NCBI GenBank assembly: GCA_020137815.1
Contig: CM035352.1
Coordinates: 4,154,001 to 4,218,000 of the forward strand
Reading direction: 5' to 3'
Length of the DNA stretch: 64,000 nucleotides
DNA from: Hormiphora californensis
Lineage: Eukaryota; Animalia; Ctenophora
Below the pieces are notes generated by a model. The model was not told the DNA's origin, ran no database searches, and saw nothing but the letters and a program-made list of their open reading frames with translations. A program made the position numbers and the translations under genes. This document shows positions 61,353 through 64,000 of the stretch, piece by piece (within the stretch, counting starts at the first letter, position 1; every line of letters starts with the position of its first letter).

Positions 61353-62803
61353 GATTGTAACTGCTGCAACTGTTGGCGGACAGGGCACAATCTATCTCCA
61401 CTGTGGTGACGGCTGGCCTCGGATTTGAAAGTATCAGAACTACTGCAGTTAATACAAAACAGTTTTTCCCTATCGGTACAATCCTTGACATCGTGATTAT
61501 CTCCACAAAGTTTGCAAACTAGTACTGAGCTGGTGCACTCAGTGGTCCTGTGGTTGAAACGGTGGCATTTAATACACTGTGGAATGTGGAAACGTTCCAC
61601 AACATTAAGTCGGGATGTTGCATAGTATATTTTACCGGCGTCAAGGAGACGCTGTTGTGCGGGAATCGGTAGACGCAGGCCAATGGTACATTTATCCTTA
61701 TTCCGGTAGTGACTTTTGATGTACACGATGGTTACCTCTTCAGTCTTGAGCCATGGGTTTTTGAGTTGGAGCATGGTTAGCACTTTATCCTTAGCTTGGT
61801 CGTTTGACAAGGATTCGATGTTTTCAGGTACATTCAGTATAGTCACTTTAGCAGTGGAGGATAGAGTGGTAACTGTTGCATCTTTAGGTATCGCCTCTGT
61901 GACTAGCTGTATTACTGCCTCAATGTTAGTAGATTCAGGGAATCCAATCTTGATCTCTGCAGCATTTTTTGTGTCAAGGAACAGCATAGGTGTCTCGGCA
62001 AGGCAGTCACTTACAGACTTGGCTGTTTTACTGGAGTCGTTAACGCCGCAAGAAATAAGCAGCTTATGCACTCTCTCACGGGGTTGTGATTGGGTGGGGG
62101 TTTGTTGCTGGGTTTGTTTAGTTCTAGCCTGGGGATGAGCTTGGGGTTGTGGAGCTGCGGCAGTTGAATCAATTGCACTTGTGGCAGGTGTATTGATGTT
62201 CAAAGCATCCGAGTAGTTTGCTCTGTTACCTTGGGGAGTAGCAATGTCTGTAGGCGCGTTTTCAGCTCGAGTGTGTTGCTGGGTGACGGTTTTAGTAGGA
62301 GCAGTTGCAGTAGAGGCGAAGATGCGGGCAGCGTTTTCAGCTATTTTATTGAATAATGCGCTGTCGGGTTGCATCAGTTGGGCGAAAACTAGACAAACAG
62401 GGCAAGACCAACCAGGGGCGTTATAAACACCATCGGTAATAGGGATGGACCCTTTTGCAATAGAGAGGAAATTAAGGCCAACGCAGTCTGCATGATAGTG
62501 AGTATTGCAGGAATAGCAGTGTACGAGACCAGAGCTACCGGGTTCAGTAGGGTTTTTGCCACATAGGCATTTCCTTGACGCCGAGGTGAGTATATGAGGC
62601 GTTTGGGTTGGGTCGCTCATGATGTTGGGAACGGGACTTGGGGTGGAGAATAGTCCGGGTGTAGTCCCAGGGTTACATTGGGGGTCGATGTTTTTACGTA
62701 CCGGTGTTGTAGTGAAACTGATCTCAGAGAACTCTTTACCGTTCCGTAGTCCGCTCGTCAACTCAGGAGTTGGACTGCTTCTTTGGCCGTCCATCATCTT
62801 CAC
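61343..62803 (-). CDS. LINE ORF1: PHD finger + gag-type CCHC knuckles
   Basis: CLC..CYSC..H..C..CPVC (PHD). Knuckles CIKC..H..C, CKLC..H..C and CINC..H..C. Ends QSKN*. Confidence 0.9.
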   Translation of the reverse strand: MKMMDGQRSSPTPELTSGLRNGKEFSEISFTTTPVRKNIDPQCNPGTTPGLFSTPSPVPNIMSDPTQTPHILTSASRKCLCGKNPTEPGSSGLVHCYSCNTHYHADCVGLNFLSIAKGSIPITDGVYNAPGWSCPVCLVFAQLMQPDSALFNKIAENAARIFASTATAPTKTVTQQHTRAENAPTDIATPQGNRANYSDALNINTPATSAIDSTAAAPQPQAHPQARTKQTQQQTPTQSQPRERVHKLLISCGVNDSSKTAKSVSDCLAETPMLFLDTKNAAEIKIGFPESTNIEAVIQLVTEAIPKDATVTTLSSTAKVTILNVPENIESLSNDQAKDKVLTMLQLKNPWLKTEEVTIVYIKSHYRNKDKCTIGLRLPIPAQQRLLDAGKIYYATSRLNVVERFHIPQCIKCHRFNHRTTECTSSVLVCKLCGDNHDVKDCTDREKLFCINCSSSDTFKSEASRHHSGDRLCPVRQQLQQLQSKN

Positions 62804-62921
62804 GACTATCGATGTCGACTTACAGAGACTATCAATATCGGGTCTCTCGTCAGATAGGTTGGCTTATGTTACGGGTTCGTCACCTCCCCCGTAACTTTAT
62901 TTGCTAGATGCCATCACCTAT

Positions 62922-62964
62922 CTCAAATTAATTTGTTTAAAGTAGTGTTGAAAAGTTTGAAACT
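62922..62964 (-). other. Spliced-leader exon-like sequence
   Basis: AGTTTCAAACTTTTCAACACTACTTTAAACAAATTAATTTGAG matches the ctenophore SL as I recall it. It is followed by ATAG rather than a GT donor. Confidence 0.75.
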
Positions 62965-63959
62965 ATTCCAAAAAGATGTTTTAAGTTTTTAAATTTCATG
63001 TAGGGCGGAAAGCTGACGGCTGTAAACCTTGCTTTAAGAGCGTTTCCGCCGTTTTTCTTAGTGGCCATACGCACAGCGCCCCACATGCGTCGTTCCCAGC
63101 GTCCAAAACCAACAATGTGTGCTTTTTCGTGCGTTTTGGACGCTGTGAACCACGCATGGGCTACGCTAGAACGAAGCCAATATGACGGAGCACCACTATT
63201 ATACGCATAAGGCAGCGCTTTTCAATCCAAAAACGGAAAAAGTCACAAAAAAGTTACAAAAAATATTTCTTAAAAATTTTTTTTTTTTATTTGTCCCGCG
63301 CGGCGTCGGCGAGCCATTGCTAAAAAGCGCGTCACGGTTAAGCAGCGCCTTCTACAAAAACTAGCGCCTCACGTTTCAAGTCATACAGTTTTCGCCTGTT
63401 TAGGGAGCTTTTGGCACAGCCAGACACTGACAGCACGGGTGAGTGTTGTACTACTTCATTTTACATCATATTTTGATATTCAGAAAGAAACTGATTTCAA
63501 CAGCTTAGGAAACGTAAACTCATTTGTTTACAATTACACATCACAATATTTTGCACTGCTTAAACAATCTTCAACTTATCAAATTTCAACTGTTCCAATT
63601 CCAATTATACTGCAGTTATACCGGGGAGATATATAACCCGGCATTAAACTGATGGATTTTAACAAACAAACAAATGAAAACAGTTCACGTACATTCTGTG
63701 TGACTTTGGCAAACTTGTCAGATGTAGTTTGTAATTACACCGGACCACTAATTTCAGAAAATTAGAAAAGGACCAGGTACAAATGACAATGGCCAACCGT
63801 ACAGAAGAAAAAGTATTACTAACTGTACTCTTATTTTATAATCACTCTCAATTCATGATCAGTTTACTCAAAGTTTAAACTGTTTAAAGAATTTCAATCT
63901 TATATCTGCTGAATACTAATAACTCTCGGTGTATAAATTAATGAGAACACACTTGTGTA

Positions 63960-64000
63960 CAGTTGGATCCCGATTTACCGGGGGGATGCTCGGAGGGGAA
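63960..64000. mobile_element. Start of a second copy of the 3361-3532 MITE family (opposite orientation)
   Basis: TA + CAGTTGGATCCCGATTTACCGGG..GGATGCTCGG. Confidence 0.75.

Larger units (their letters stand above)
56745..62964 (-). mobile_element. Near-intact L2/CR1-group LINE with SL-like 5' head, 1.6-kb 3' UTR and (TTCATA)n tail
   Basis: ORF1 and ORF2 are both open, and the tail is TTCATA x3 at about 56745-56762. The 5' boundary is uncertain and may extend to about 63414. Confidence 0.88.

Noticed and set aside
62922-62964. Functional SL RNA gene
   Set aside because: The exon is not followed by a GT donor or a recognisable Sm site. It runs into the LINE leader.
56739-63420. CACAGC as a definite LINE TSD
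   Set aside because: It is only 6 bp, L2/CR1 elements often lack TSDs, and the interrupted repeat does not resume after 63420. Kept only as a hypothesis.

Overview
Eukaryotic genomic DNA, intron-rich and dense in transposons. It is very probably from a ctenophore: 62922-62964 on the minus strand matches the ctenophore spliced-leader (SL) exon as I recall it, and two short repeats resemble Pleurobrachia-type repeats (both recalled, not searched). All host genes are on the minus strand: an intronless ALDH5A1/SSADH, a compact SPEN (4 RRM + SPOC, about 1080 aa), a small Cys/His ORF, CCDC81, a membrane-anchored GT4 glycosyltransferase of bacterial/protist type, and a 20-exon SNX13. Mobile DNA comprises a CRE-clade RLE retrotransposon, a near-intact L2/CR1-group LINE, a TRIM, TTAA-flanked Kolobok-like elements and many MITEs, nested up to four deep. 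Three observations stand out. (1) The LINE starts with an SL exon, and its AUG-less ORF2 is joined to ORF1 by an A_AAA_AAC -1 slippery site. (2) Four non-coding elements carry a covarying multibranch fold with strand-specific CGAG/CGAG tandem G.A mismatches and mostly GNA-type loops, which points to an ssDNA intermediate. (3) A TTAA transposon has about 940-bp inverted arms and encodes a DDE-transposase N-terminus plus a DEDDh exonuclease. Regions 9.6-11.8 kb, 39.4-40.25 kb and 52.1-52.6 kb look like degraded, homopolymer-error sequence. Exon coordinates were read by hand.
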